The position numbers and the translations under genes are program-made. This document shows positions 9,283 through 18,268 of a stretch of DNA of 64,000 nucleotides, piece by piece. How positions within the stretch are numbered: position 1 is the stretch's first letter; the number at the start of each line of letters is the position of its first letter. The notes beneath the pieces were generated by a model. That model made no database searches and was not told the origin of the DNA. It saw only the letters and a program-made list of their open reading frames with translations. The DNA lies in NCBI GenBank assembly GCA_009786075.1, contig WQTX01000001.1:1592-65591 (forward strand), read 5' to 3'. This stretch comes from Bacteroidota bacterium (GTDB lineage Bacteria; Bacteroidota; Bacteroidia; Bacteroidales; UBA1715).

Positions 9283-12200
9283 TTCCCTCTCAAGCGTCTG
9301 CGCCAAACTATACGGATAGCCGGTGCGCAACCATGTATGCTCCAATTTTTTCATAAATTCGGTTTGACGATTCATTTGTGCTGTTTCGGCTATGTAAACC
9401 ATGAGCGACAGGTAATTTTGTTTCTCCGAATCTACCGATTTTCTGAACGAATCGCTCAAAGAATTAAACCACACAACCTCATCGCATAAATTCACGAAAT
9501 AGGTGTATAATTCATCATTTGCTTTTTCAGGTTCACCACACATATAATAAGCGCGTGCGGTCATAATAATATTTTCATCGAAATACGGCACTTGCCAATC
9601 GGGCAGTAGAGTGCGCAATTTATCTAATACCTCAACGGCTTTATCTTTTTTGCCTTCTTGTGCAAGCCTCACAGCCAATTGGTTAAACATTTCACGCACG
9701 CCCACCACTCGCAACGTGCGGTTGTGGAAATGGTCTATGTGAATACCTTCTTCGCCAAGTCCTCGCCATTGATATACGTTCATAATGTTGTTGTACAACA
9801 CATCGGTGTCGGCATACGATACGCGCGGGTCACTTTCAATAGGCACAAATTTATAGGCAAAACCATCGTAACGCAGGTATTTTTCCAAACCAAGTTCGGC
9901 AGCCGACATTATATTTGAGAAATACAAAGGTCTGTCCCATTTATAGCCATCGAGAATGTCGTAAATCATCAGTTTGTTTTTGTAAATCATGTCCTCTTTT
10001 ATTTCAAAGCGGATTTCCGAAACTATTTTTGCCGAATCGCCTGCCGCCACTATATTATTTGCCAACACAGCTTCTTTATCTACCGTAAAGAACAATTTGC
10101 GGGCAGGGATAAAATTGTATTCTTCACCATAGAGTTCAACTTTTATATTGTCGGCACGCATTACTTCCATTGCTGCGTGGAGGTCTATAAATTGACCTTT
10201 GACGTAAGGTCTCATAATTTCAACTAATCTGTCTGCCGACATATTTTTAAATATCATAGGTCGAGCTCTGCCTTCGCGGTCTTCAACGTAATAAGGAGGT
10301 GTTATTACTCGCACCGCATCACGTATGCCTTTGGCAACTTGGTCGTGGGTAAGTGTGGTAGGCAGCGGAGCCGAATTCCATGCACGGCGCATAATTTGCT
10401 GCGAATACCAATCGGTGGCAAGCAGCGGAGAACAAAGCACCCGCACATCGTTGCGACCGCCTTCTACTTCTTGCATATACCACATGGGGAAAGTATCGTT
10501 ATCGCCTGCGGAAACTATCATAGAATGCGGCGAACAGGTTGCTAAGTAATTGTATGCAAAATCACGAGCTGTGTAGCGCCCCGAACGGTCGTGAGCTGCC
10601 CAATTTTGCACCGCAAGCACTATTGGCGTAGGCACTGTGAGCAGCAATGCCATGGCAATAGCCGCTGCCGGAATTTTCACATAGCGTTTTAACCAATCGT
10701 ACAAAGCCACCACGGCAAGCCCTATCCAAATTGCAAAGGCGTAGAACGAGCCGGCGTAGGCATAATCCCGCTCACGAGGCTGCAATGGCGTTTGATTTAA
10801 GTACACCACAATTGCCAAACCGGTAAGCAAAAAGAGCAGCATAACTACAAAAGTATCTTTTTTGTTTTTTGCAAATTGATAGAAAAATCCTATCAAGCCC
10901 AAGGCAAACGGCATCAAGAAATAGGTACAGCGTGTTGTGTCGTTTTTCGCTTTTTCCGAAATGTAGGTTTGGTCGCCCACCAAAGCATTGTCGATAAACG
11001 GAATACCGGTAATCCAGTTTCCATTGATTATACCGCCATGACTTTGTACATCATTCTGCCGTCCGGCAAAATTCCACATAAAATAGCGCACATACATGTG
11101 CCCGATTTGATAACTGAAAAAGAAACGAAGATTTTGCCCAAAGGTGGGCACTTCTTGTTTTTCGCCATATTGCCTACCGTTAGCATCTCGCGCATATACC
11201 GCACGAGTATTTATACCGTCTTTTATACCTGCCCACGTTTTATATTCACGTATGTGCGATTGGTCGCGGCTGTGCATACGAGGGAAAATTGTGCAAAAGT
11301 CGCTTTGAAATTTATATTCTACACCGGCACTTACTCTTACATATCTATCTTTACCATCTACTACCCGTGGTGTGTAGGTAAATTTTTCATTTACTATTGC
11401 TCTGCCGTCTTTCCCCCATTGAGGCACAGCGTTGTAGTATTCGCCGTACAACAGTGGTGTTGAGCCGTATTGGTCGCGGTTGAGGTACGAAAGAAATGCA
11501 AACGGGTCGTTCGGCGCATTTTCATTTAATGGCGGCTCGGCATTGGAGCGGAGGTAAATCATAGCATACGAAGAATAACCAATGATAAGAAGAGCAATAC
11601 AATTTATAATAGTATTAAGAATAGTTTTGTTGCGTTTTGCCACATAATAAAACACGGCAATCATTATTGCCATAAAAAGAATTACAATAAACACCGAAGA
11701 AGAAACAAAAGGCATGCCTGCCAAAATTGCCACAACAGAAGTTACTACCACTTGAACTATGGTACTGAAATTTCTACGGGTAATAATAATTCCGGTAACA
11801 ATTGCCGCTGCAAGCAGTATTAAATAGAGCGCGAAACCGGTATCGTAAGGCATACCGAGCACGTTTATAAAAAATAATTCGAATTTCGAAGCAATTGTAA
11901 CCGTACCCGGAATAATTCCCCACAACGTGCCCACAATAATAAGGAGCGACGCCACACCGGCAAGTATAAAACTTTTTGGAGTGAATGTGTATTTTTTGAA
12001 ATAAATAACAAAAACTATGGCGCAAATGGTAAGTATGTTGAGCAAATGGACGCCTACGGAAAGTCCCATAATATAGGCAATCAGCAAAATCCACTTGTTG
12101 CTACGGGGTTTATCTGCTACGGCTTCCCATTTTAAAATAGCCCAAAACACCACTGCCGTGAATAGCGACGAAAGTGCATATACCTCAGCCTCAACAGCCG

Positions 12201-12615
12201 AAAACCAGAATGTATCGGTAAAGGCGTAGGCTGTGCTACCTATAAGTCCGGCTAATAAAATGACAATAGTTGAGTTTGTCGATAATTCTTTTGCGGCGCA
12301 CAGTTTTTTTGCAAAATGGGTAATTGACCAAAACAAAAACATAATGGTAGCCCCACTTGCAAGTGCTGAAAGCGAATTAATACAGTAGGCAATAGTTTCG
12401 GGCGTACTTGCAAAAAGCGCAGCTATTCGTCCCAACATAAGGTAAAGCGGTGCGCCGGGGGGGTGTCCCACTTGCAACGAAGCTGATGTTGCCAAAAATT
12501 CCCCGCAGTCCCACAAACTCATTGAAGGTTCTTTGGTAAGCATATAAACTATTGATGCTCCGGCAAAAACAATCCAACCCAAAAGGGTGTTGTATAACGA
12601 ATATTTTTTTTCCAT
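9274..12615 (-). CDS. DUF2723-type large membrane protein (GT-C-like glycosyltransferase fold suspected)
   Basis: N-terminal MSLWDCGEFLATSASLQVGHPPGAPLYLMLGR motif, many TM segments, then a ~500-aa soluble C-terminal region. Confidence 0.75.
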   Translation of the reverse strand: MEKKYSLYNTLLGWIVFAGASIVYMLTKEPSMSLWDCGEFLATSASLQVGHPPGAPLYLMLGRIAALFASTPETIAYCINSLSALASGATIMFLFWSITHFAKKLCAAKELSTNSTIVILLAGLIGSTAYAFTDTFWFSAVEAEVYALSSLFTAVVFWAILKWEAVADKPRSNKWILLIAYIMGLSVGVHLLNILTICAIVFVIYFKKYTFTPKSFILAGVASLLIIVGTLWGIIPGTVTIASKFELFFINVLGMPYDTGFALYLILLAAAIVTGIIITRRNFSTIVQVVVTSVVAILAGMPFVSSSVFIVILFMAIMIAVFYYVAKRNKTILNTIINCIALLIIGYSSYAMIYLRSNAEPPLNENAPNDPFAFLSYLNRDQYGSTPLLYGEYYNAVPQWGKDGRAIVNEKFTYTPRVVDGKDRYVRVSAGVEYKFQSDFCTIFPRMHSRDQSHIREYKTWAGIKDGINTRAVYARDANGRQYGEKQEVPTFGQNLRFFFSYQIGHMYVRYFMWNFAGRQNDVQSHGGIINGNWITGIPFIDNALVGDQTYISEKAKNDTTRCTYFLMPFALGLIGFFYQFAKNKKDTFVVMLLFLLTGLAIVVYLNQTPLQPRERDYAYAGSFYAFAIWIGLAVVALYDWLKRYVKIPAAAIAMALLLTVPTPIVLAVQNWAAHDRSGRYTARDFAYNYLATCSPHSMIVSAGDNDTFPMWYMQEVEGGRNDVRVLCSPLLATDWYSQQIMRRAWNSAPLPTTLTHDQVAKGIRDAVRVITPPYYVEDREGRARPMIFKNMSADRLVEIMRPYVKGQFIDLHAAMEVMRADNIKVELYGEEYNFIPARKLFFTVDKEAVLANNIVAAGDSAKIVSEIRFEIKEDMIYKNKLMIYDILDGYKWDRPLYFSNIMSAAELGLEKYLRYDGFAYKFVPIESDPRVSYADTDVLYNNIMNVYQWRGLGEEGIHIDHFHNRTLRVVGVREMFNQLAVRLAQEGKKDKAVEVLDKLRTLLPDWQVPYFDENIIMTARAYYMCGEPEKANDELYTYFVNLCDEVVWFNSLSDSFRKSVDSEKQNYLSLMVYIAETAQMNRQTEFMKKLEHTWLRTGYPYSLAQTLEREAP

Positions 12616-12663
12616 AAATTAGGTAGTTCTTATTGTAATTGTATAGTAATTAGGTAAAACGTG

Positions 12664-12671
12664 CAAATATA
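12664..12671 (-). promoter_or_regulatory. -7 box (TATATTTG on the minus strand) for the DUF2723 gene
   Basis: The plus strand reads CAAATATA about 50 nt upstream of the start at 12615. Confidence 0.4.
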
Positions 12672-12713
12672 TATGTTTTTTTGTTCTCGCAATAAAGTGT
12701 GTGTCGAAAAAAA

Positions 12714-12752
12714 GTCTCGGCATACTTCTTTTCATAAGAAATATGCCGAGAC
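12714..12752 (-). terminator. Bidirectional rho-independent terminator
   Basis: An 11-bp perfect stem GTCTCGGCATA/TATGCCGAGAC, flanked by an A-run upstream and a T-run downstream. Confidence 0.75.
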
Positions 12753-12801
12753 CGGTTTTTGTCTTGAAGTATGTTTTACACTTCGGCTCTTGTCAAAAAC
12801 T

Positions 12802-13470
12802 CTAAAAAGTCCAACCTACGCTTAATTGCAACATATTGTTAGTTCTTCGCAGTGAAGCAACTTTTTGGAAGTTTTCTTCATTAGCAGGCTTGTAAAAATA
12901 CTCATAATCAAATTGTTCGCTTGGAATTAATCCTACATTATAGCGCAACCCAACAGCTAAATGATTAAAAAAAGTATATTGCGCACCAAGTACAATAGCA
13001 GCATCGAAATTTGTATAGTTTACATCGTTGCCATACAATTCTTTATTTAGCGACTCTCTATTTACACAAAAGCCAAATTGCGGACCAACAAGCAAGCTAA
13101 ACGGACGTTCAAAAGGTTTAAAATCTAACAGCAGCGGAATGTTGATAAAACTTAAATGCTGTAATCGTCTGTCAAAAGTGCCGCTACCTTCAAATCCAAA
13201 CACTTTTATTCCGCCTTGTGTAGAAAACATTACTTCTGCTTGTGCACCCAATGCACTGGAAAAAGAATAATTGGCATAAGCTCCTATGTGAAAACCCTGT
13301 GAAAATTTAAGCGTTGCCCCAGATGGCAATAGCCTATCATTAAATCTTTCATAAAAAACCAAACCTGACGTTCGAGAAGAATTGAAACCTGCCTTAACAC
13401 CAAATTTTACTTGCCCAAATGCTGAAACACTTATAATACATGTAGCAGCTATCATTATTATTTTTTTCAT
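12802..13470 (-). CDS. Porin-family outer-membrane beta-barrel protein (paralog 1 of 3)
   Basis: Signal peptide. Shared N-terminal motif AFGQVKFGVKAGFN and shared C-terminus NMLQLSVGWTF. Confidence 0.75.
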   Translation of the reverse strand: MKKIIMIAATCIISVSAFGQVKFGVKAGFNSSRTSGLVFYERFNDRLLPSGATLKFSQGFHIGAYANYSFSSALGAQAEVMFSTQGGIKVFGFEGSGTFDRRLQHLSFINIPLLLDFKPFERPFSLLVGPQFGFCVNRESLNKELYGNDVNYTNFDAAIVLGAQYTFFNHLAVGLRYNVGLIPSEQFDYEYFYKPANEENFQKVASLRRTNNMLQLSVGWTF

Positions 13471-13480
13471 TGTTTATTTT

Positions 13481-14077
13481 TTAAAAAGTCCAACCTATGC
13501 TTAGTTGCAATACATTGTTGCGTTCTCCTTTTATTTTATCATTATTAGAAAGTTTTGCATCTATACTTGGTGTTAATCCAAAATTATAACGAAGTCCAAC
13601 AGATAAATGTTCTACAAAAGTATATTGCGCTCCAAAAACAGCAGCAAAATCGAACCGTTCATAAGGTACTGCAAATCCATTGCTGCCGGGGTTTTTCCTG
13701 CCAATACCAATGCCGAATTGAGGTCCTGCTAAAATACTGAAAGAATTATTTGTTATTGGTTTTATATCTACCAACAAAGGTACATTAATGTAATTTTGGA
13801 TTACTTTACCTACTTCCCACTTGCCACCTTGCATAGAAAATAATGCTTCAGCTTGCATTCCAAACAAATCATTAAATGAGTAATTCGCATAAGCACCAAT
13901 TAAAAATCCGACAATCATATCGCTGTTTTTTTTACTTGTTACTGTTACCGTTTCTGTTTGCATCGTTCTTTCGGAGAGAAAAGAAAAATTAGCACCTGTT
14001 TTCACTCCAAATTTTACTTGTCCAAAAGTTGCTACGCTTATCATACAAGCGGAAGCTATAATTATTATTTTTTTCAT
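13481..14077 (-). CDS. Porin-family outer-membrane beta-barrel protein (paralog 2 of 3)
   Basis: Start reassigned to MKKIIIIASA (ATG at 14077), which removes the overlap with the upstream gene. Ends NVLQLSIGWTF. Confidence 0.7.
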   Translation of the reverse strand: MKKIIIIASACMISVATFGQVKFGVKTGANFSFLSERTMQTETVTVTSKKNSDMIVGFLIGAYANYSFNDLFGMQAEALFSMQGGKWEVGKVIQNYINVPLLVDIKPITNNSFSILAGPQFGIGIGRKNPGSNGFAVPYERFDFAAVFGAQYTFVEHLSVGLRYNFGLTPSIDAKLSNNDKIKGERNNVLQLSIGWTF

Positions 14078-14085
14078 GTTATTTT

Positions 14086-14751
14086 TTAAAAAGTCCAACC
14101 TATGCTTAGTTGCAATACGTTGGTGCGGTCTCCTTTTACAGCTCCTATTCGTAATATATCTTCATCAGGAGTTTCAATCTTATACTCATAATTAATTTGA
14201 TAACTTGGTAATAAACCAATATTGTAACGCAAACCAACAGCAAGATGATTAAAAAAGGTGTATTGCACACCACACGCAGCCGCAAAATCAAAATTCCTAT
14301 ACTTCGATTCATCTACCGGAAGTTTATCAACGTCCCAACGACTCACACAATAACCAAATTGTGGACCCACCAGAAAACTCAACGGAAATTTAAACGGTTT
14401 AATATTCAAAAGCAAAGGCACATTGATGTAATTGAAACTCGTGATAGTGTGTCCTCCTCCCATCCACGTATCAAAATTTTGTATTTTTTGACTTTCTAAT
14501 ATTTGCCCTACTTGCATAGAAAATAAAACTTCTGCCTGAGCAGCCAATAAATCATTGAAAGAATAATTAACATACCCACCTGCGTGCAATCCGCTACTAA
14601 ATCCTGTCATAATAGAAGGGCTAACATTGTTACTCAATGTAGTTTGTGAAAAATAAGAAGCATTAATTCCTGCTTTGATTCCAAATTTCACTTGTCCAAA
14701 GGCTGAAACACTTATTATAAGCGTTGTTGCTATTATTATTAATTTTTTCAT
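14086..14751 (-). CDS. Porin-family outer-membrane beta-barrel protein (paralog 3 of 3)
   Basis: Start reassigned to MKKLIIIATT (14751). The longer tracked ORF runs into the hairpin at 14775-14810. Ends NVLQLSIGWTF. Confidence 0.7.
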   Translation of the reverse strand: MKKLIIIATTLIISVSAFGQVKFGIKAGINASYFSQTTLSNNVSPSIMTGFSSGLHAGGYVNYSFNDLLAAQAEVLFSMQVGQILESQKIQNFDTWMGGGHTITSFNYINVPLLLNIKPFKFPLSFLVGPQFGYCVSRWDVDKLPVDESKYRNFDFAAACGVQYTFFNHLAVGLRYNIGLLPSYQINYEYKIETPDEDILRIGAVKGDRTNVLQLSIGWTF

Positions 14752-14774
14752 GTTTGTAATTTTTAATTGATTAA

Positions 14775-14810
14775 GGGAATAAGTTTCAGCCATTGCTGAA
14801 ACTTATTCCC
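14775..14810 (-). terminator. Perfect 16-bp hairpin downstream of the lipoprotein gene
   Basis: GGGAATAAGTTTCAGC catt GCTGAAACTTATTCCC. There is no clear U-tract. Confidence 0.5.
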
Positions 14811-14823
14811 AATTGAATTATTC

Positions 14824-15597
14824 TTATTTTCTAAAAGCTAAATAAATGTACTTTCCACCTGCTCCTTTATTTAAATCCGTACGTGTGGATTCAATTACCC
14901 ATCCTTCGTTTGCTCTCCAAGAACTCATTGAGCTACTTGATGAAATTATTGCAACATCACGAATAGGAGTGCCTCCAATATATTTGCCATTAAAATATTG
15001 TGAGACTCCCACCAACTTAACATAATGTCCACCAGCACCTTCATTCAAATCTGTCCAACAATCACCGACACTACAGCCAAACGAGGTTCCCAACTTAGAC
15101 CAATAGTAGTCTACCCCCACTATGGGAAAAATACTTGAAAGACACGCTATATCACAGAGAGCTTCCGAAATAGTATTGGTTTTTGCATAATAAAGAAATA
15201 TCCATTTTCCTCCAGCTCCTTCGTTCAAATCTACTCCTAATTTGTAATAGGTTCTTCCACCCTCTGTCATTGTTGCAGGGGCATCATTTTTCGTTCTTAC
15301 CGATGTTTTAAGCCAATATATATACCCCGAACCACCCGAAATAGCCTCTCCTTTTAATAAATCCTCACTTGTAGCTATAACTACCACATCATCATCAAAA
15401 TCAGGTTTTTCCCTAAAAATTCCTTTGGCAATACTATCGCCTTTTTCTACTTCGAAGAATTTTACGGTTTCTATACCATCTTCGTTTACTTGGGTTACTT
15501 GACTGTTATTCGTTTCGTTTTTGTTACACGAATAAAAATTTATCGCTAAAAGCGAACTTGCGCATATTACTGCGGCTTTTGTTATTTTTCTTTTCAT
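14824..15597 (-). CDS. Lipoprotein with three to four internal DLN-x-GAGG-x-[YW]-[IV]-x-L repeats
   Basis: Lipobox (INFYSC). Repeats VDLNEGAGGKWIFLYY, TDLNEGAGGHYVKLVG and TDLNKGAGGKYIYLAF, plus a degenerate SGGSGYIYWLK. Confidence 0.6.
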   Translation of the reverse strand: MKRKITKAAVICASSLLAINFYSCNKNETNNSQVTQVNEDGIETVKFFEVEKGDSIAKGIFREKPDFDDDVVVIATSEDLLKGEAISGGSGYIYWLKTSVRTKNDAPATMTEGGRTYYKLGVDLNEGAGGKWIFLYYAKTNTISEALCDIACLSSIFPIVGVDYYWSKLGTSFGCSVGDCWTDLNEGAGGHYVKLVGVSQYFNGKYIGGTPIRDVAIISSSSSMSSWRANEGWVIESTRTDLNKGAGGKYIYLAFRK

Positions 15598-15703
15598 AAT
15601 TAAGATAAATAAAGTTAATTAATAGTTGCCCCCCCATCAATAAACATGCCACAAATGCAAATTAGTGATTTTAAGCAATTTGTATATTTTGCAAACCAAA
15701 CAA

Positions 15704-15725
15704 AAGTGTTCGATTTCGGACACTT
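15704..15725. promoter_or_regulatory. 22-nt hairpin/palindrome motif AAGTGTTCGATTTCGGACACTT, copy 1
   Basis: The identical motif recurs at 15923-15944 and, inverted, at 15953-15974. Confidence 0.5.
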
Positions 15726-15922
15726 TGATTGAGCGATGAAAAAAATACTGCGTATTATACATACAAAATTTTGATTTTAAACAACTTAGAATGTATTTTA
15801 AGGCTGCAGATTTAAGGTTTTAAATGTATAAAGTTCACGGTCAAATTCACTATTGTTGTTGTTACGTTTTCAAATTATTAGATGTAAAATATTGAAATTT
15901 AAACAAATACTTTAATATTAAA

Positions 15923-15974
15923 AAGTGTTCGATTTCGGACACTTTTTGTTCGAAGTGTCCGAAATCGAACACTT
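15923..15974. promoter_or_regulatory. Copies 2 and 3 of the 22-nt motif, arranged as a 52-bp palindrome
   Basis: AAGTGTTCGATTTCGGACACTT tttgttcg AAGTGTCCGAAATCGAACACTT. It lies about 80 nt upstream of the glycan operon start. Confidence 0.5.
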
Positions 15975-16026
15975 TTTTGTCGGAATAAAAATCAAACAAA
16001 ATTTAAACAGCTTCTAAATAATTTCG

Positions 16027-16034
16027 TAGTTTTG
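16027..16034 (+). promoter_or_regulatory. -7 box TAGTTTTG upstream of the wbpE-like gene
   Basis: TAnnTTTG match 18 nt upstream of the ATG at 16052. Confidence 0.45.
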
Positions 16035-16051
16035 CGGAAATAGTTTTTTGC

Positions 16052-17179
16052 ATGAAAAAAATACAAATGGTTGACTTACAAAGTCAATACGAAAAAATAC
16101 GCGATGAGGTAAACGCCGGTATTCAAGAAGTGATAGATAGCGCCACGTTTATAAAAGGCGGAAAAGTTGTAGAATTTCAAAAGAATTTGGAAACATATCT
16201 TGGTGTAAAACACGTTATTCCGGTTGGAAACGGCACCGATGCGTTGCAAATTGCGCTTATGGCTCTTGGTTTACAGCCCGGCGACGAAGTGATTACACCA
16301 ACGTTTACCTTTATTGCCACCGCCGAAGTTGTTGCCCTTTTGGGACTTACGCCCGTGCTGGTTGATGTGAATTACGATACATTCAATATTTCTGTTGAAG
16401 CAGTAAAAAAAGCAATTACACCACGCACAAAAGCGATTGTTCCTGTTCATCTTTTTGGGCAAAATGCTGATATGGAAGCTATTTTGAAACTTGCAAAAGA
16501 ACATAATTTATACGTTGTGGAAGATGCGTGCCAATCAATCGGTTCGGTTTATACGTTTGAGAACGGTAAAAAAATGCAATCGGGTTGTATGGGTGATATT
16601 GGGTGCACGTCATTTTTCCCGTCAAAAAATTTAGGTTGCTATGGCGATGGCGGTGCAATTTTTACAAACAACGACGAGCTTGCAAAAAAAATGCGCATAA
16701 TTGCCAATCACGGAATGGAAACACGCTATTATCACGATGTGGTTGGTGTAAATTCTCGCTTAGACAGCATGCAAGCGGCAGTTTTAGATGTGAAACTCAA
16801 ACATTTGGACGAATACATTTTGGCTCGGCAAACGGCAGCCGATTTTTATGACAAAGCATTTGCGAATAATCCGAAAATTGAAATTCCGGTGCGGAATGCA
16901 CATTCTACACATGTTTTTCATCAATATACGTTACGCTTCGACTCCGCTCAGCGACCGCTCTTGCAAAAAGCATTGGAAGAAAAAGGTATTCCGGCAATGA
17001 TTTATTACCCCGTACCGTTGCATTTGCAAAAAGCATATAAGAACGAAAGATACAAAGAAGGCGATTTTCCCATAGCGGAAAAACTCTGTGATTGCGTGCT
17101 TTCGCTGCCAATGCACACGGAATTGAGTGAAGAGCAGTTGCGGTTTATTGTTGATAATGTTGATTTGGTTATTTGTTGA
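16052..17179 (+). CDS. DegT/DnrJ/EryC1/StrS-family aminotransferase (WbpE-like)
   Basis: The PLP-lysine context FFPSKNLGCYGDGG and overall layout are typical of sugar 3-aminotransferases. The last residues (DLVIC) and the stop codon come from a repeat arm. Confidence 0.9.
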   Translation: MKKIQMVDLQSQYEKIRDEVNAGIQEVIDSATFIKGGKVVEFQKNLETYLGVKHVIPVGNGTDALQIALMALGLQPGDEVITPTFTFIATAEVVALLGLTPVLVDVNYDTFNISVEAVKKAITPRTKAIVPVHLFGQNADMEAILKLAKEHNLYVVEDACQSIGSVYTFENGKKMQSGCMGDIGCTSFFPSKNLGCYGDGGAIFTNNDELAKKMRIIANHGMETRYYHDVVGVNSRLDSMQAAVLDVKLKHLDEYILARQTAADFYDKAFANNPKIEIPVRNAHSTHVFHQYTLRFDSAQRPLLQKALEEKGIPAMIYYPVPLHLQKAYKNERYKEGDFPIAEKLCDCVLSLPMHTELSEEQLRFIVDNVDLVIC

Positions 17180-17600
17180 TTTGTTTAAAGAAAAAAGTAT
17201 GAACTATCAGTATTCGTTTGAAAAATTAGAGGTGTGGCAAAATGCACAAAAATTTGTTGTATTGATTTATAATATTACATCGAAATTCCCTAATGAAGAA
17301 AAATATGGACTTGTTTCTCAAATGAGAAAAGCATCTGTATCTATCAGTTCAAATATTGCAGAAGGCAGTTCTCGACATTCATTAAAAGACCAAATTCGTT
17401 TTACCGAAATTGCTTATGGTTCAGCTTTGGAAACATATTGTCAATTAAAAATTTCATTAGCCTTACTGTTTTTATCAGAAATAGAATTTCAAGAAGCAAA
17501 TATATTATTGAAAGAAATAACAAATAAGCTTAATGCCCTAAAAAACAGCCAACAAAAACGCTTGCACGAACAAACAAATAATCAAATCAACAAATAACCA
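17166..17600 (+). other. Inverted-repeat-bounded cassette enclosing the four-helix-bundle gene
   Basis: There is an 18-bp perfect inverted repeat: TGGTTATTTGTTGATTTG at 17166-17183 and CAAATCAACAAATAACCA at 17583-17600. The stop codons of both flanking CDSs lie in the arms. Confidence 0.7.
17199..17597 (+). CDS. Four-helix-bundle protein of the 23S rRNA intervening-sequence / Avd family
   Basis: [53 protein letters not shown] matches the family signature. Start moved to the ATG at 17199, since the tracked start at 17127 overlaps wbpE. Confidence 0.8.
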   Translation: MNYQYSFEKLEVWQNAQKFVVLIYNITSKFPNEEKYGLVSQMRKASVSISSNIAEGSSRHSLKDQIRFTEIAYGSALETYCQLKISLALLFLSEIEFQEANILLKEITNKLNALKNSQQKRLHEQTNNQINK

Positions 17601-17605
17601 ATAGC

Positions 17606-18172
17606 ATGAACTACCAAGCACACGAAACCGCAGCTATAGATGCAGGTTGCCAAATAGGCAACGGTACCAAAATTTGGCATTTTTCGCACATTATGCCCAA
17701 TTGCACCATTGGCGAAAATTGTAATATCGGACAAAACGTAGTTATTTCGTCCGATGTCGTTTTAGGTAAAAATGTAAAAATTCAAAATAACGTGTCGGTT
17801 TACACCGGCGTGATTTGCGAAGATGATGTTTTTCTTGGTCCGTCGATGGTGTTTACAAATGTTATAAATCCTCGTAGCCACGTTGTTCGGAAAGATGAAT
17901 ACAAACAAACTTTGGTGCGAAAAGGCGCAAGTATTGGTGCAAACGCCACTATTGTGTGCGGAAACGAAATTGGCGAATATGCCATGATTGGCGCCGGTGC
18001 GGTAATTACCAAACCGGTAAAACCTTACGCATTAGTTGTTGGAAATCCGGCACGGCAAATTGGTTGGGTAAGCAAAAATGGGCATAAACTGCAATTTGAT
18101 GAAAAAGGTGTTGCAATTTGCCCGGAAACTAATGAGAAATACGTTTGTTTTGGTGATTTGGTTATTTGTTGA
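17606..18172 (+). CDS. Left-handed beta-helix N-acetyltransferase (WbpD-like)
   Basis: Hexapeptide repeats ([31 protein letters not shown]...). Sits between the aminotransferase and oxidoreductase genes. Confidence 0.85.
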   Translation: MNYQAHETAAIDAGCQIGNGTKIWHFSHIMPNCTIGENCNIGQNVVISSDVVLGKNVKIQNNVSVYTGVICEDDVFLGPSMVFTNVINPRSHVVRKDEYKQTLVRKGASIGANATIVCGNEIGEYAMIGAGAVITKPVKPYALVVGNPARQIGWVSKNGHKLQFDEKGVAICPETNEKYVCFGDLVIC

Positions 18173-18264
18173 TTTGGTTATTTGTTTTTGGATAGTATCA
18201 ATCAAAATTTCATTAACTTTGCAAAAAACAAATAAACAAATAACCAGCTCAACAAATAACCAAA
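18157..18264. repeat. Cargo-less long hairpin built from the same GGTTATTTGTTGA arms
   Basis: 18157-18172 pairs with 18249-18264 (16 bp) and 18175-18187 pairs with 18234-18246 (13 bp), leaving a 46-nt loop. The wbpD-like stop codon lies in the stem. Confidence 0.7.
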
Positions 18265-18268
18265 CATT

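Noticed and set aside
17127-17198. Longer start for the four-helix-bundle ORF, overlapping the aminotransferase by 53 nt
   Set aside because: The extension (MKSSCGLLLIMLIWLFVDLF) is translated repeat-arm sequence. Family members start near [13 protein letters not shown].
17199-17597. The Avd-family gene as part of a diversity-generating retroelement
   Set aside because: No reverse transcriptase ORF and no template/variable repeat pair were seen anywhere in the window.
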